From Lepidodermella squamata (Eukaryota > Animalia > Gastrotricha), in assembly GCA_047495785.1 (NCBI GenBank), contig JBLDXI010000011.1, positions 1,364,001 through 1,428,000 of the forward strand: a stretch of 64,000 nt of DNA, read 5' to 3'. The notes under the pieces were generated by a model. The model saw only the letters and a program-made list of their open reading frames with translations, made no database searches and was not told where the DNA came from. Position 1 is the first letter of the stretch; every line of letters begins with the position of its first letter. The translations under genes and the position numbers were made by a program. Positions 37,374 through 49,597 of the stretch are shown one piece after another.

Positions 37374-39494
37374 TTTTTCGATCGATCTCCCTAGAATCGG
37401 GTGCCTTTTTTCCTGGACGAATCGTTACTACTGCTGCTGCTTGTTGAATGTTGGAGAGAAATAATAATGAATTTTTTAGGCCAAAAAATTAGCAAACAGT
37501 TGTTTCCTGCGAATTCTTGCTCTTCCGTGTATTTCTTACTGCATTTCACTCGAAATTTCTTGTCATAATTGGAGAAAAATATATTACACGAAAAAACGAT
37601 CAGTATATTTGTGTGAAAATTTCTTGCGAAAAAATTAGGTTGGATGTTTTTAAATTCGATTGTGTTATTGCGAAAAATACGGCAAAAAAGTCCAAATTCA
37701 GGATAAAATTTTCGGAATATCAGTTTTCATTATTTAAAAAAATGAGAATTGGGATATTGTGAAATCATATAAAAATTTCAAAAATGTCCCTCAGATTATT
37801 GACGATTCGAAGAAGAATTGAAAATTGGAAAAATTACCGAAAATATCGGGTTCCGGTATTTTTCGCCGTTCTGTGATTTTTCGTCCCCATCGAGCAAAGT
37901 TGATTCTAATTTAGTAAAATTAATGGAGGCATCAAATTATATGTCCCTTCGTAAATTGGAGGCTGAACTCGAAAATATTCAGTTTTCACGGTTCCTGAGA
38001 GAAAAATAACCAGGCTTATGGATTTTTCGGTATTTTAAGCAATTTTACATCCGTCCAATTTAATTTTCCAATTTTTCATTTCGTCCCCATTCAGAAAATT
38101 TTGAAGTTTGGAAAATTAATTATTGAGACTCCAATGGTTCCAAATTTTAAGGTGAGCTTTTGGAAAGGTTCACCAACATCTGATTTTGTCGAATTTTTGA
38201 AATTTCGAAGGTTTTCCAAATATTGAATTCGAAAGACTAAATTCCAAGTTTTTGGCAAATTTCAATTCTGAATATGGCATAATTTTGTCCGTGTTTTTTC
38301 GCGCGTATTCCATCTTATTAATCGGAAGAAAGTATTACAGATTTTACTTGAAATTGTGCGGAATTTACCGTTTGTGTAGCCTCTTGTCATTATAACTGCT
38401 TCTAGCTCTGTTCAACTTTACAAGTACAACTCGTCAACTTGAGCTCAAAACCAATATTCCTATATGTAAACTGTGTGAGAAAAAAATCGAAACGAAATTC
38501 TTGAACTGATCTTCACAATATTATAGTCACTCGCTGCTTCAAAAAAAATCACTCTTAATAATTATTGTAATAGTGTTGCACTTCAAGCACGTAATTGCTG
38601 AAACCGAATAATTTATGGTTGAATTGCGCTCCTTTCACATGACAGAAAAAAAAATGTTGGAAAAAATCGATTGAAAAAAATTGTTGTCGTTTTTTATCGC
38701 CTCGTCTCGCTCGCCGTGTAAACAAAAGTGTAAATTAAAAGCTGGTCCGTGCTATTAATTCGATCGAAATTTTTTTCTGCTGTGGTTTTTTTTCTCGCCT
38801 CAATGTGCTTTACGAGAGGAAATGGGGATTGTTAAAACTGTCTCTTTCGCTCGCCGTGTTAACATGCCACGCTTTTTGATTTGGTTGATAAAAAAAATTG
38901 TTCACCCCGCTGTTGTTTATTGTTGCTCGGTATGATAATAATAATAATATTTTGCCTGTTTTTTCTCTATGAAATCATGATTATTGTAACAAAAAAATGT
39001 TATCGATTTCACTTGTTCATGTTTGTTGTAGCGCGTTGAATTTTCGATGAGACCAGCAGAATTTGGAAGACGGCAGGCTGAAACTGCATCATGCAAAATC
39101 AATTTATCATTCTATTATCATATTATTATAAATAATAATTGGAATAAAAAGTGACTTTTCTCATTGAAGAATCGATTGTTTTTACTGATAAAATTGAAAA
39201 ATTGGGAATTTTACATTCATTAACTCGGAAAATCCGATTTCCACGAATATTCGGATAAATTTCCGGATTTATACTACAACGTGCCCCTTAAGTTGCGCAA
39301 ATTTTTGATGAAAACTGAACTAATTTTTGAAATTGAGCCCACTGAGAAAATCTATCATCCAAGATTTTACCGAAGAAAATAAAATTTTACCGGAGAACAC
39401 CCGGAAAACCCCGATGGTAAATGGTTCGGTAATTTTCGGTTTTGGGAAAATCTTACGCCGGTACCAAATTTCATTTAATTCGTTTTTCAACTGA

Positions 39495-39542
39495 TTAGGG
39501 TTAGGGTTAGGGTTAGGGTTAGGTTAGGGTTAGTTTAGGGTT
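39495..39542 (+). repeat. Interstitial (TTAGGG)n telomere-like tract
   Basis: About 8 TTAGGG/TTAGG-like units, followed by degenerate ~21-bp repeats at 39589-39646. Confidence 0.85.
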
Positions 39543-40365
39543 GAAGACTGGGTCTTCAAATTGGGGATTTGGAACTATTTGGAATAATTTGGTACGAAAT
39601 TCAATGATGTTTGGTACTGAATTCAATAATTTGGTAATGATTTCACTATATCCCTTCGGTTTTTACCCGGTTGGATCAGATTTCTTCGTATATTTTTAAT
39701 CCCATTCACAGAAGACATACTTGATTACTATTCGCATGGCATTTTGGATAATTCGATTTTTCTGGCCATGAGATATGACTTCGCCTCTCTTTTTAGAGTT
39801 TCTGATCCCTTTTCCGTGCATTTTGTGTTACTTATGGGGTACGGTGGAATTATTTACACGGCATCGAAAGCCTCCTCAATTTTTTTATTCAAAAAGGCGT
39901 TTTTGCAGTTTTGTAGATTTTTATTTTTATCGCATCATTTCGTTGTCTTTTTCTCGAATTCAAGGCTAACGTAATTATTTACAGCCGTCGAATTTCCCGA
40001 TATCGTCAATATAACAAACAATCAATCAATATTCCGATATAATAATATTCGCATGCTCGTATATAATTCAACAGGCTAAAAAAGTTGAAAATAATATCAT
40101 TAATTCGATTCCAATAATATAAGACCGTTTTCAATAATACCGAATATTATAGGCAGAATTCAGGTCATTATTAAGGTGGACTAATAATATCATCTACTTT
40201 TTCTACGCACTTTCGAAAAATTAAGCTCAATAAATCTAAATTTCGAACTATTAAGGGAGAACAAAATATTATGCCAGAACACCGAATATTTTACGGAAAA
40301 TATTTTTCGCCCAAGGTCTTCATTTTTTTCAGCAGTTTTTTCCCGGAATTTTTTGTCATGCTTGA

Positions 40366-43300
40366 TTACGCTTTCGATGAGCGGCTGTTACCGCCGGGCG
40401 ACGACGAGCCAGCCGAGCGTGACGCCTTGGCGCCATGCAGGGCTTCGTACATGATGACCTCACGCTGCGCCGCTTCCCATGACAAAACCTCGTCGAGAGA
40501 CGCGTCGATGTACGGAAAATTCCACCGCTCGTGCCAGCCGGGCGGCGAGCCAGACGGCGCCATCAGGGCCGCGTTGTCGTCCCCGCCCGCCAGGTCGTAA
40601 TCAGTGCGGAGTGGGGCGTATGGGAAGATGACAACGCCGCATTTGCGTAGCAGGGGCAGAACGGCGACGGGTAGGAGCGCGAGGGCGATTAGCACCAGGT
40701 CCATCCAGACCATTTGAATAGGGTAGGAGTGCGTGCTCAACAGGTTGTTGTCGATTTTCTCCGCCGCGTTGTAGGCGAAGTATTTAGGCGGCGCCAGCAC
40801 GCGGGCGACTACGCCAGCGCCAAGCACGAAACACGCGAGGCACGGCGACAGGAATCGCCAGAGAATTGACCAGAAGAAACAGGGCGGCTGACCCGTCGCC
40901 CGGGTGGTGGCCTGGCGCACCCTCGGCCACGAGTACACCCAGCCGAAGAGGAAGAGCTGGGCGATGGCGAGCGCCAGGGCGACGAAGGGTAGCACGTAGT
41001 CGTCCAGGCCTTGCAGTAGGTACGATCCGGTTGCGGTTGTGAAGGGGTGAGCGAAAATGAGGCAGAAGAGGGTGAGGCCGGCTGAGGCGAAGGCGGCGTT
41101 GCGAAGGGGTGACGGCAGGCGGGAGTGGCAAAGGACATTCACGGCCGCTGCTAAGTTGAACACGTGGCAACACGCCTAGAGAAAAATCAAAATTTCGAAA
41201 AAATAAAAAAATTTGAAATTTCATCTCAAAAAGGGTGGTAGTTAAAATTTTACAAAATCTGGGGTGACCCAATGGGTTCAAGGGACAGGTCCAAATATTC
41301 GAAAAAACACTCAGTCATCTGATTTAGGAAATTTTATAGCAAAAAATGTGATAAAAAAAGTTGAACAAACATTTTTTTTCGAAAAATCTCATTTTGTCAA
41401 CGAAAATTGATTTTTTAAGGAGGACTTTTTATTTTACCAAAATTAAATTCATGCGATATGTCGACTGATATTGACTAAATGGGTGGCCCGATGAGAATTT
41501 TGACCTCTAAGTTTAACCATCTGCGAATTTGATTTGTGTCTAAGGTATGTATCTCAACCTCTAACCGACGCGACACTACGGGGTGCTAACGCGAAAGCCG
41601 CGCCCTTTCAATCAAACAACACAAGAAGACTGAATCGCCACTTAGCAGTGCGGTCGAAAATTCGATCTCGAATCGATCTGACCCGATAATGCTCAATCAA
41701 GTTATTGCTCAAGCCGCCGCGGCTATTGCTCAATGCGGGTTACCGGCAATGCCGAACGATGCAATCACTCTCCGCAACTATTGCAACACTACAAATATTA
41801 TTATGGCTTTAATTATAGCCAAAAGTGTTGACATTATTGTAAATGTGGCGGCTGATGTTGTTTGTAATGTTAAATTTGATGTACATTTTGAGATTATTGC
41901 CAAGATTACCTTGCGTAAATAAAACATACCTACCTCAATAGACAAAATAAAAAATTCGCAGAAAACAAATGAATTTTTGTATATTTTTAGGACACCTTAA
42001 AATTACAAAAAATGATCTTCATTTTCACGCGATTGCTCATCACTCAACTATGCCAATCTCAGACGGCGGCAACGAGAGCAAAAAATAATGCTCGAAAGTC
42101 AATGATTCGATTCGCCATCTCGCTGATACGAATCAATGCAGCCGTTATCTTCCTTGCCATGCTGACGTTGCTGAAATTTCTAGCACTATTGACTATATCT
42201 CTCCTGCTTCAAGCAGCGTTATTTATCGTTTTAATAATGCTGATTTTTATATAACGAAAATTTTAATAAATCTGACTGATGATGATGATCCATTTTTTGA
42301 ACAAAAAAATATAATAAATTGAATAAAACATCATTTCATATTCGAAAAATGACTTGAAAAATTATGAACAAAAACGAAAAAATAGACGTAATGAGTGGCT
42401 CTTTGAAGAATGGAAATTTCAAGTCATTGAAACTGAGACAAAGACTGTACAGTTAGATTCGAACGGTCTGTGGCGTCAACTAGCATATCTCTGTGTAATT
42501 TAGAATTAATTATTTTCGCTGATTAAGGAGGACATATCTAACCTTCCGAACGGGGACCAAAATCCAGCCCAACCGGTATTTAACCATCTGCGAATTTAAT
42601 TTGTGTCTAAGGTATGTATCATGACCTTACTTCTCGATCGGTCCTCAAGGCGCTAATGCGTAAGCTGCGCCTTTTCATTCGAAAAATAAACATCACTTAA
42701 TCAGTTCACCAAAAATTCAGGGTTCCAGCACTGGATGTCCTCAATATACGAATTTTCGAGTTTCAAGTCTTCATCAGTCATCAGAGTCGAATTCTTAATT
42801 TCATGCTTAATGAGCATTCGGCGCTTATACAAGCCGATTTCGATTATCGATTATCGATTTTAAAAATTAGTGATTTTTCCGATAATAGCAATAAGTATTC
42901 CCTCTTGAGGGTACCAAATAGCTAAAATGAAAAATTCCCTGTTTTTTTACCTGTAATAAAGCTAGACAGATGAGAATAACAGCCGGCGCAATGTGGGTGA
43001 CCCATCGATTCGACGTCCAATTCGAGGTCATACCCAGAATCGCAACAAACGGCAAACTGGGCCCCATTTTCTCAATGAAATCTTCACTGCCACTGCCATC
43101 CGCGAAAGCACCCAGGCCAGTGAAGACAACGAGCAGGCACAGCAGGGACGCGACTAGGTGATGGCAAGTTAGCACGACAGCGTCTTTAGCGAAATGGTTC
43201 CGCAGCCGCAAATGAGCGCCATTCAGCCAAACAAAGCCGGACAGGGCGCCGACTGCGATGAGGCTCTGCGTCGCGGCGTCGAGCCACATTTGCGGCGACA

Positions 43301-46300
43301 CGAGTTTGTAGGCACCGTGCCATTTCAGCAGGCGTTTCATGCCTGAAATGAAAGTTTGAGGCAAGTTTGGCGCGAGAACGGCGCTGGTTATCGCACCGCC
43401 GACTAGGGTTGTGAACAGCAGGACGGCGAATGCGATGGTGAAGCCGTGGATGTGGCGGCGTAGTAGGAGCAGGAAGAAAACTAGGAGCCAGAAAAATATC
43501 ATACCAGCCAACACTTCGCAGACGAAACTGTTCGGAAAATTAAAAAATAAAATTAGTAAGATTAGAAAAAATTCGAATTTTTCAAATTTCAATTGTTATC
43601 TATTATTTTCAAATTTTCGATTTTTGATTTCCCGATTTGATGCATTTTTTCGCCACATTTTCAAGTTTAAATATTCTCGATATTTTAACGATCCTGAGAG
43701 ACGCTTGTTAAATTATTGAAAAGATCTCTTTCAAATTAAAAAATATTTGGACTCAGATTTCACCTTACCACAATCAAAGGCTCGAAATAGAAGCCCTTGC
43801 CAACGCGGGTTATTTTATTTGGCGAAGGACTTCATGATATCAAATCTTATAGCCCTCTGTCTGCTTTCAACAACAAAACAGAAATGAGACATAAATGTAT
43901 CAAAGCTGAGGCAATTAACAAGACTGTAGAAGTCAACAAAATGCATTGCGCATATCGCTGGTCATAAGTCGTTCTCCTCTTAATCTTATTCTGTTATAAA
44001 AATAAAGACACGCGCAAGATTCTGGACAACAATAGCAAGGAGCTGCGTAGCCGAAGCTAGTTAAAAAGTATTTACACTATATTTACACTATACCACCGAG
44101 ATCGAGACGGAATATTTACAAAGATTAAATAAACAACAGATGCTTAAACGCGCCCAAAGGCGTACCAGCCACCGCTTCGCACGATATATCCTTTCGGATA
44201 ACATCAGCGACAGGTCGGACATGTATTAGCGCACGGTTGCCGAAGTTACCAGCGAGTTGGACCATCCGGTCACGGAGCAGCGGTAAACCAGCACGGCGAC
44301 AGAGCTCAGCACCATTCAGGTGTTCACGCGGGTCGATTCCGAGAATGAGGCGTAGTGCCCAGTTCTGAAGAACCTCAAGCCGACGAAACTGCTTGGCCGA
44401 GACGTGCAGAAAAGTCGCACAGGCGTACTCAAGGATCGGTCTGACCGTCGTTACGTAAACCAACTTCCGCGTCTCGAAGGACACGGGCGATCCCGGATAA
44501 CAGATCGAGGCCAATCCAGCAATTCGAGACCGAGCGTCTTTGACGATTTTGTCGAAATGCAGTTTGAAGGTCTGATTACTGTCGAATAAGATGCCGAGGT
44601 ACGTAGCTGATTTCACAACAGGCAACTGTTGACCGCCAATACGGAGATCAGGGACTTCATTCGTGTTGAACGCCATCACCTGACATTTCAACGGGTTGAG
44701 AGGAAGACGCCACAGCCGACTCCAGCGCTCGATCTGCCGTAGTGCAGCTTGCACTCTCGCCGTCGCCAGACCAGCCCAACACGCCGCTTCGCAGACCAAA
44801 ACGTCGTCAGCGTAAGTAGCAGCAGAGGCGGTACCAAGGCCAGCGTCATCCGGATACAGATCTGCTGTGAAGAAAGCAAAGAGTATTGGACTCAGGGCAG
44901 AGCCTTGCGGCACGCCCGAGCCGATGCTGAACTTTGTAGGACTGAAAGAGTCACCCACCCGGACGACAAAGGATCGCCCTTCGAGGTAATAGAAGCCCTT
45001 TCGCTTAGACCTAAACACGAAATTTGAAAATTGGGAAGGATAATATAGGTTTGTTGGAGGGGCTTCAAACTTCGTTGGAAAGTGAAATTAACCATCTGCG
45101 AATTAAATTTGTGTCTAAGGTATGTATCCGATCCTCCAGTAGTGTGAGACCTAGGGGCGCTGAAGCGTAAGCTATGCCCCTTTCAAAGAAAATACAAATA
45201 CGTCGAAACTAAGGTGCTAAAGCAAGGTGCTTCAATACTTTGAATTTCACTTTCTCATGATTCCTGCCAACATAGGCCAGTAATTTAGTAATTTTAATGA
45301 AAGAGAGGCACTTCGAGATCCGATACCCAAATGAAAACGTCATATTGATAAATTGGAAGTTTTATCTATTAATCCAATTAAATGAAAAAAACCAGCTAGT
45401 TTTACGGCTATCATAGCAAAACTACTAAATTGGGACTGCAGAACATCGCCAGTTATTTTTTCCATCAATTTTCGATTTTCTGATTGAAAAAAATATCGGA
45501 ATATTTCTGATATTATAACGATCTTGACCAAGCGCTAAACTCGATTAAGATAGAAACTTATTAAATCAATGAAAAAGAATATCTTATAAATTAAAAAAGC
45601 TAGAACTCAGTTTGCACCTTGCTACGATTCAAATCTGAGCAACAAGCCCTTTCGTTATAATTCCAATCCGAAATTAGGAAATTGGAGATAATATTTCAGG
45701 TCTGTTAAAGGGCCCTAAAAATCGGTAGCGAAGTGTAATTAACCATCTGCGAATTTAATTTGTGTCTAAGAGGGTTGTGATCGAAACGAGCAAACATTTA
45801 ATCCACCTTATTCCACGCTATTCCACGCTTTATCCCACGCTATTCCTTGATTAACTTGGCGAAACCTTCTCAATTAGAGAAATTTTGCTTCAAAAGAGGT
45901 GATCGAAAGAAGCAAACACGCCAAAACGCACTCTATTTCAGAGTAAATTCAAAGTAATCGCGAATTTGTGCGAAAATAGCTGTAATTTATTTATTTTCGT
46001 CAATTTTTGAGGGATAAAACGAGAATTTTGGGGTCAAATCTGCACCCCAGTCCGGACTGTGTCATAAATTTGCTTTAAAATGAGCAAATTTAGTGAAAAT
46101 TTCAGAAAAAGCTGCGATGATTCACCGATGATTCGCCGTAAAAATTGCGCAACAGTTGACGTCAATATTGCGTTTAGATATTACCCTCGCCTCCAAACCT
46201 TTGCCGCCCGGCCTATTGGCCCAGCAAGATTAGCGCGATCTCTTTATACGGTTCAGAGCTCAACAAAGCACACCTTTAATAATCGAATTTCTGGCCGTTT

Positions 46301-48098
46301 TAGTAATAACGTGAAATCATGGATAGGTAGATTTGTGAACTAATGAATAAGCATTGATCGTTTATTAGGCTAACATCTTCACAAGTTGGAGGCGTATAGC
46401 TACCGGCAGTCGGATTTTCAATAGCGGGGAAGTTGAGATTAACCAAGTTTTTGGGGGTCATCCGACCTGAATTCGGGTCATTCACAACATCCGAAAAACG
46501 TGTTAGCGGCATTGAATAATATCAACCTAGGTAACTTCGTTGTCTTCGTCACTAATGACACCAAACATACCTTGCAAGATTTCAACACTTATTTCTATTT
46601 CTATTAGATATGATTCGCAAGGAGAAGAACACCCGCTGAAATGCGTCTTGTGTCTCGTGACATTGAAAAAATGTGCGAAAAATGCGTGAAAAATTGTTCA
46701 AATGTTACAAAATGGCACTGAATTTGCAAAATCAATCCGAATGCAGGCTTGCATTGTTACATCATAATCGCGAATATTGCGCGTCATTGGGACCATTGTT
46801 ACTGTCAACACATGAAAACTTGTACATTTCAATTTGCTATCGAATTTGTTCCGAGAATAGCGCAAACCTAATGACGGGACAAATTTACTGAGAGAAATAA
46901 CAAATAATTCTCGAAAGCTAAAATGACACAAATTATTTGCTTCTTTCGATCACAACCCTCTAAGGTATGTATCCTCTCTTCAAGTAGAGTGAAACCTAGG
47001 GGCGCTAAAGCGAAAGCTGTGCCTCTTTCTAACCAAAAACAAACATAAAAATAGCTTATCAAGGTATTTGAGTTTTTTCAAATTTACGTTCTCGCCTATT
47101 TCTGCCAACTTGAGTCAAATATCTTTCAGGAAGTTATTTTCTTTCTTTTCCCATCCAATTCGCTTGAAGAAACAATGAGAGGCAGTTCGAGAACCGAGAT
47201 CCAAATTTTGAAATGTCTCACGAATTTTGGAAATTTTGTATCAATTTTAATCCAACTTAATTTTAAAAAAATCAGCAAATTTTACGGCCTTCATAGAAAA
47301 TTTGCTAAATTTGGTCATTTTCACCTATCGGAACACCACTAAATCAAGTTTCAAAAACTTGGAATCTGTAATTTTTAAGAATTTCTTTCCAATTTTTCTG
47401 ACATCTTTTCGGACCAATATTGAATAAAAAACTTACTAGTGGCGAATGTGGGTCATTGTTTCAATGCTGGGCACGTTCCCAAACACATCGCCATGCAAAA
47501 AATCGACAGCAGCACCAGGCCGGAGGTTTTCACCGGCCTGATCGCGCCTGACCCACAGCGGCTCCTCGCTCGTAATAATCGACTCATTGCCACCAGTCGA
47601 CTTCCAGGTCGGATAGGCGAGTAGGAAAGGCGCGTCAAACAAGTGAACGAGCGAGTGCCACGAGATGGCGAACGACCACGCGGCTGGCGTTGATGCGTAG
47701 ATGACAACATATAGCATGTAGATGAAAGCTGACAGGCCGAGTCCGCACAACGCCGGGTGCAATTTCGGCCACGCCAGGTAAGACTGTGACCAAACGAGTT
47801 GGCCGACGAACAGTTCGCAGCACAGTATCGGCAGGGTGATTAGAAAGGCGCACGTGACTAGGGGCACCAGAAACGCGGCGCCGTGCCTTGCGTAGATGTA
47901 GGGCAGGCGCCATGATGACGCCGCGCTTAGGGAGTAACCGACAACTGCGAGGAGGAAATGCGGTTTGCCGAGAGCGGCGACCCGCCGGTGGGCCCTCAGG
48001 GGTGATATGGGTGCTGAAGGGGGCGGTGGGACAGGTTCACTTGGCAGTAACGGCTCGCCGGCTGAGGCCGAAGTTGTGTCCTTGATATCAGCGGTCAT
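40366..48098 (-). CDS. Divergent SLC6 (neurotransmitter:sodium symporter family) transporter, 3 exons
   Basis: Exons 48098-47437, 43527-42951, 41175-40366. Motifs WRLPY, AFLVP, ELFVGQ, WLDAATQ, FAKDA, GPSLPF, TGSYLL, FGWVY, WRFLSP. Confidence 0.88.
41513..41608 (+). ncRNA. Candidate spliced-leader/snRNA-like gene, copy A
   Basis: TTAACCATCTGCGAATTTGATTTGTGTCTAAG|GTATGTATC, then 29 nt, then GTGC-TAAC-GC-GAAA-GC-C-GCGC hairpin, then CCTTT. Confidence 0.55.
42580..42675 (+). ncRNA. Candidate spliced-leader/snRNA-like gene, copy B
   Basis: Same 41-nt head, 29-nt spacer, hairpin AAGGCGC-TAAT-GC-GTAA-GC-T-GCGCCTT. Confidence 0.55.
43799..44987 (-). mobile_element. 5'-truncated non-LTR retrotransposon (I/Jockey/CR1-like RT), recent insertion
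   Basis: Intact RT C-terminal ORF (GVPQGSALSPILF, YADD, LNPLKC, YLGI, RPILEY) ending at 44125. Flanked by a perfect 13-bp TSD AATAGAAGCCCTT at 43786-43798 and 44988-45000. Confidence 0.92.
45088..45183 (+). ncRNA. Candidate spliced-leader/snRNA-like gene, copy C
   Basis: Same head, 28-nt spacer, hairpin AGGGGCGC-TGAA-GC-GTAA-GC-T-ATGCCCCT. Confidence 0.55.
45739..47028 (+). pseudogene. Candidate spliced-leader-like gene, copy D, split by a DNA transposon
   Basis: Head at 45739-45769 and remainder at 46964-47028 rejoin into an intact unit when 45770-46960 and one TAA are removed. Confidence 0.7.
45770..46960. mobile_element. Non-autonomous PIF/Harbinger-type DNA transposon (1191 bp)
   Basis: 25-bp TIRs gagggttgtgatcgaaa(cg/ga)agcaaa, 3-bp TAA TSD (45767-45769 and 46961-46963), no transposase ORF. 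Confidence 0.9.
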
Positions 48099-48405
48099 TT
48101 TTCAGGGTAAATGAGGTCTCAAATCGCCATGGTTAATCAGCAGTTAAAAAAATCACACAAAATTAAAGCTCTAAAAAAAATGAAGAAATTCTCCTTAAAA
48201 CTGTGAAAAATGAAAAAACGGTAAATCAGCGCAATTCGAACGCAATAATTAAAGCACTTTAAAAATACTAACGTAATTCAAGATTTTATTGCACACTTTT
48301 TTTAAGCAGGTTGGCACCTCGTAGGAATAATTAAATGAATCCAGGTATTGAAATTCGACGTTGATAACATCAAAAATGCGCCTCAAAATCAGGTGGATCA
48401 GGGAT

Positions 48406-48499
48406 TTAACCATCTGCGAATTATATTTGTGTCTAAGGTATGTATCTTCGCCTCACCGTCTCGAACCCTCAGAGCGCTTACGCGAAAGCTGTGCTCTTT
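48406..48499 (+). ncRNA. Candidate spliced-leader/snRNA-like gene, copy E
   Basis: Same head, 27-nt spacer, compensated hairpin AGAGCGC-TTAC-GC-GAAA-GC-T-GTGCTCT. Confidence 0.55.
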
Positions 48500-49597
48500 A
48501 AAAACAACACAACAAATCCAGAAATTTTTTTTATGACAAACTCTGCGGAAAGTTTTCTAAAAAATGACGCTAATGCTATATTTCCTCTACAGAAAAAAAT
48601 AAAATAAATCGCATTGAGTTAAATCGGGATATAGCGCTCAGTATATCGGTGTCACGTAAAAAACTACTCAGTAGATGCGCGCATTATGCCACGCAAAAAA
48701 TCTGATGAGATTCAATAAAAAGGCGAGACATGAGAAAATATGTATCCACTTTAAAATTGGTTGTATAAACGAATCAATCACCCAGCGATAGCTGAGCAGC
48801 ATTAAAACCACTAGATAAAAAATGACAAATTTTAATATAAAAATTCCGCCTTAATAATTTGCACCAATAATAATCGAATTGGCCAGAATATAAAAAAATC
48901 TGCGTTATATTATATTGCTTGATTGAGTGTATAGTGATCAGAATAATAATAATAACAATAATACCTAATAATTACATGGACTTGGAAAAGTCGTGCGTTG
49001 TCACGGTTGTGTGAGCACGCAAAAAACCAGCACTACTGCATATGTCATGTTAATTAGTTAATTATTCATGAGAGAGCAGAGGACACGCGCCGGCCGGCCG
49101 CCTGACGCGATGTGAAAAAAACCCACTACGACGACAGCGAACCGGTCAGTTGATTTCAATACACATACCTATACTAGAAAACAGCTGTTCAAGCAACGCG
49201 CGACTCATCAAGTGTAAAAATAAATAAATAAATTCAGGTAGATTATCAAACTAATCCCGCGCACTGAGCGACAAATTTTAGGGACAATATAACAATATAA
49301 CTCGAGGGTAATAGCAAAACAAATAAAGGCGTTGTTTTCTTTCGTTGTTTTTGTTATTTCGAGGTCGCAAATGATGCGGCTCAATTTCGCGAAAAGCTTA
49401 TACCAATGCTGCGGGAAATTTCAATCATTAGATTAGAATAGATGTCGCCACCGCCGAGGGTGGCCAATACACGACTAAAAACAGCGCAAAATTAGAATAT
49501 TCAGAACGAAAAGATGAGGAATTATTTTTGCTGAACAAAAGAGCGTCAAAAACCAGAATTCACGGGAAAATTCAAGAGCGTAGAGATCCAAGAAATT

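Noticed and set aside
18411-39450. Recurring taccgaa/ttcggta/cgggttttc motifs (near 18411, 22270, 25470, 25620, 37830, 39385)
   Set aside because: Looks like a decayed dispersed repeat family; boundaries and TSDs could not be defined.
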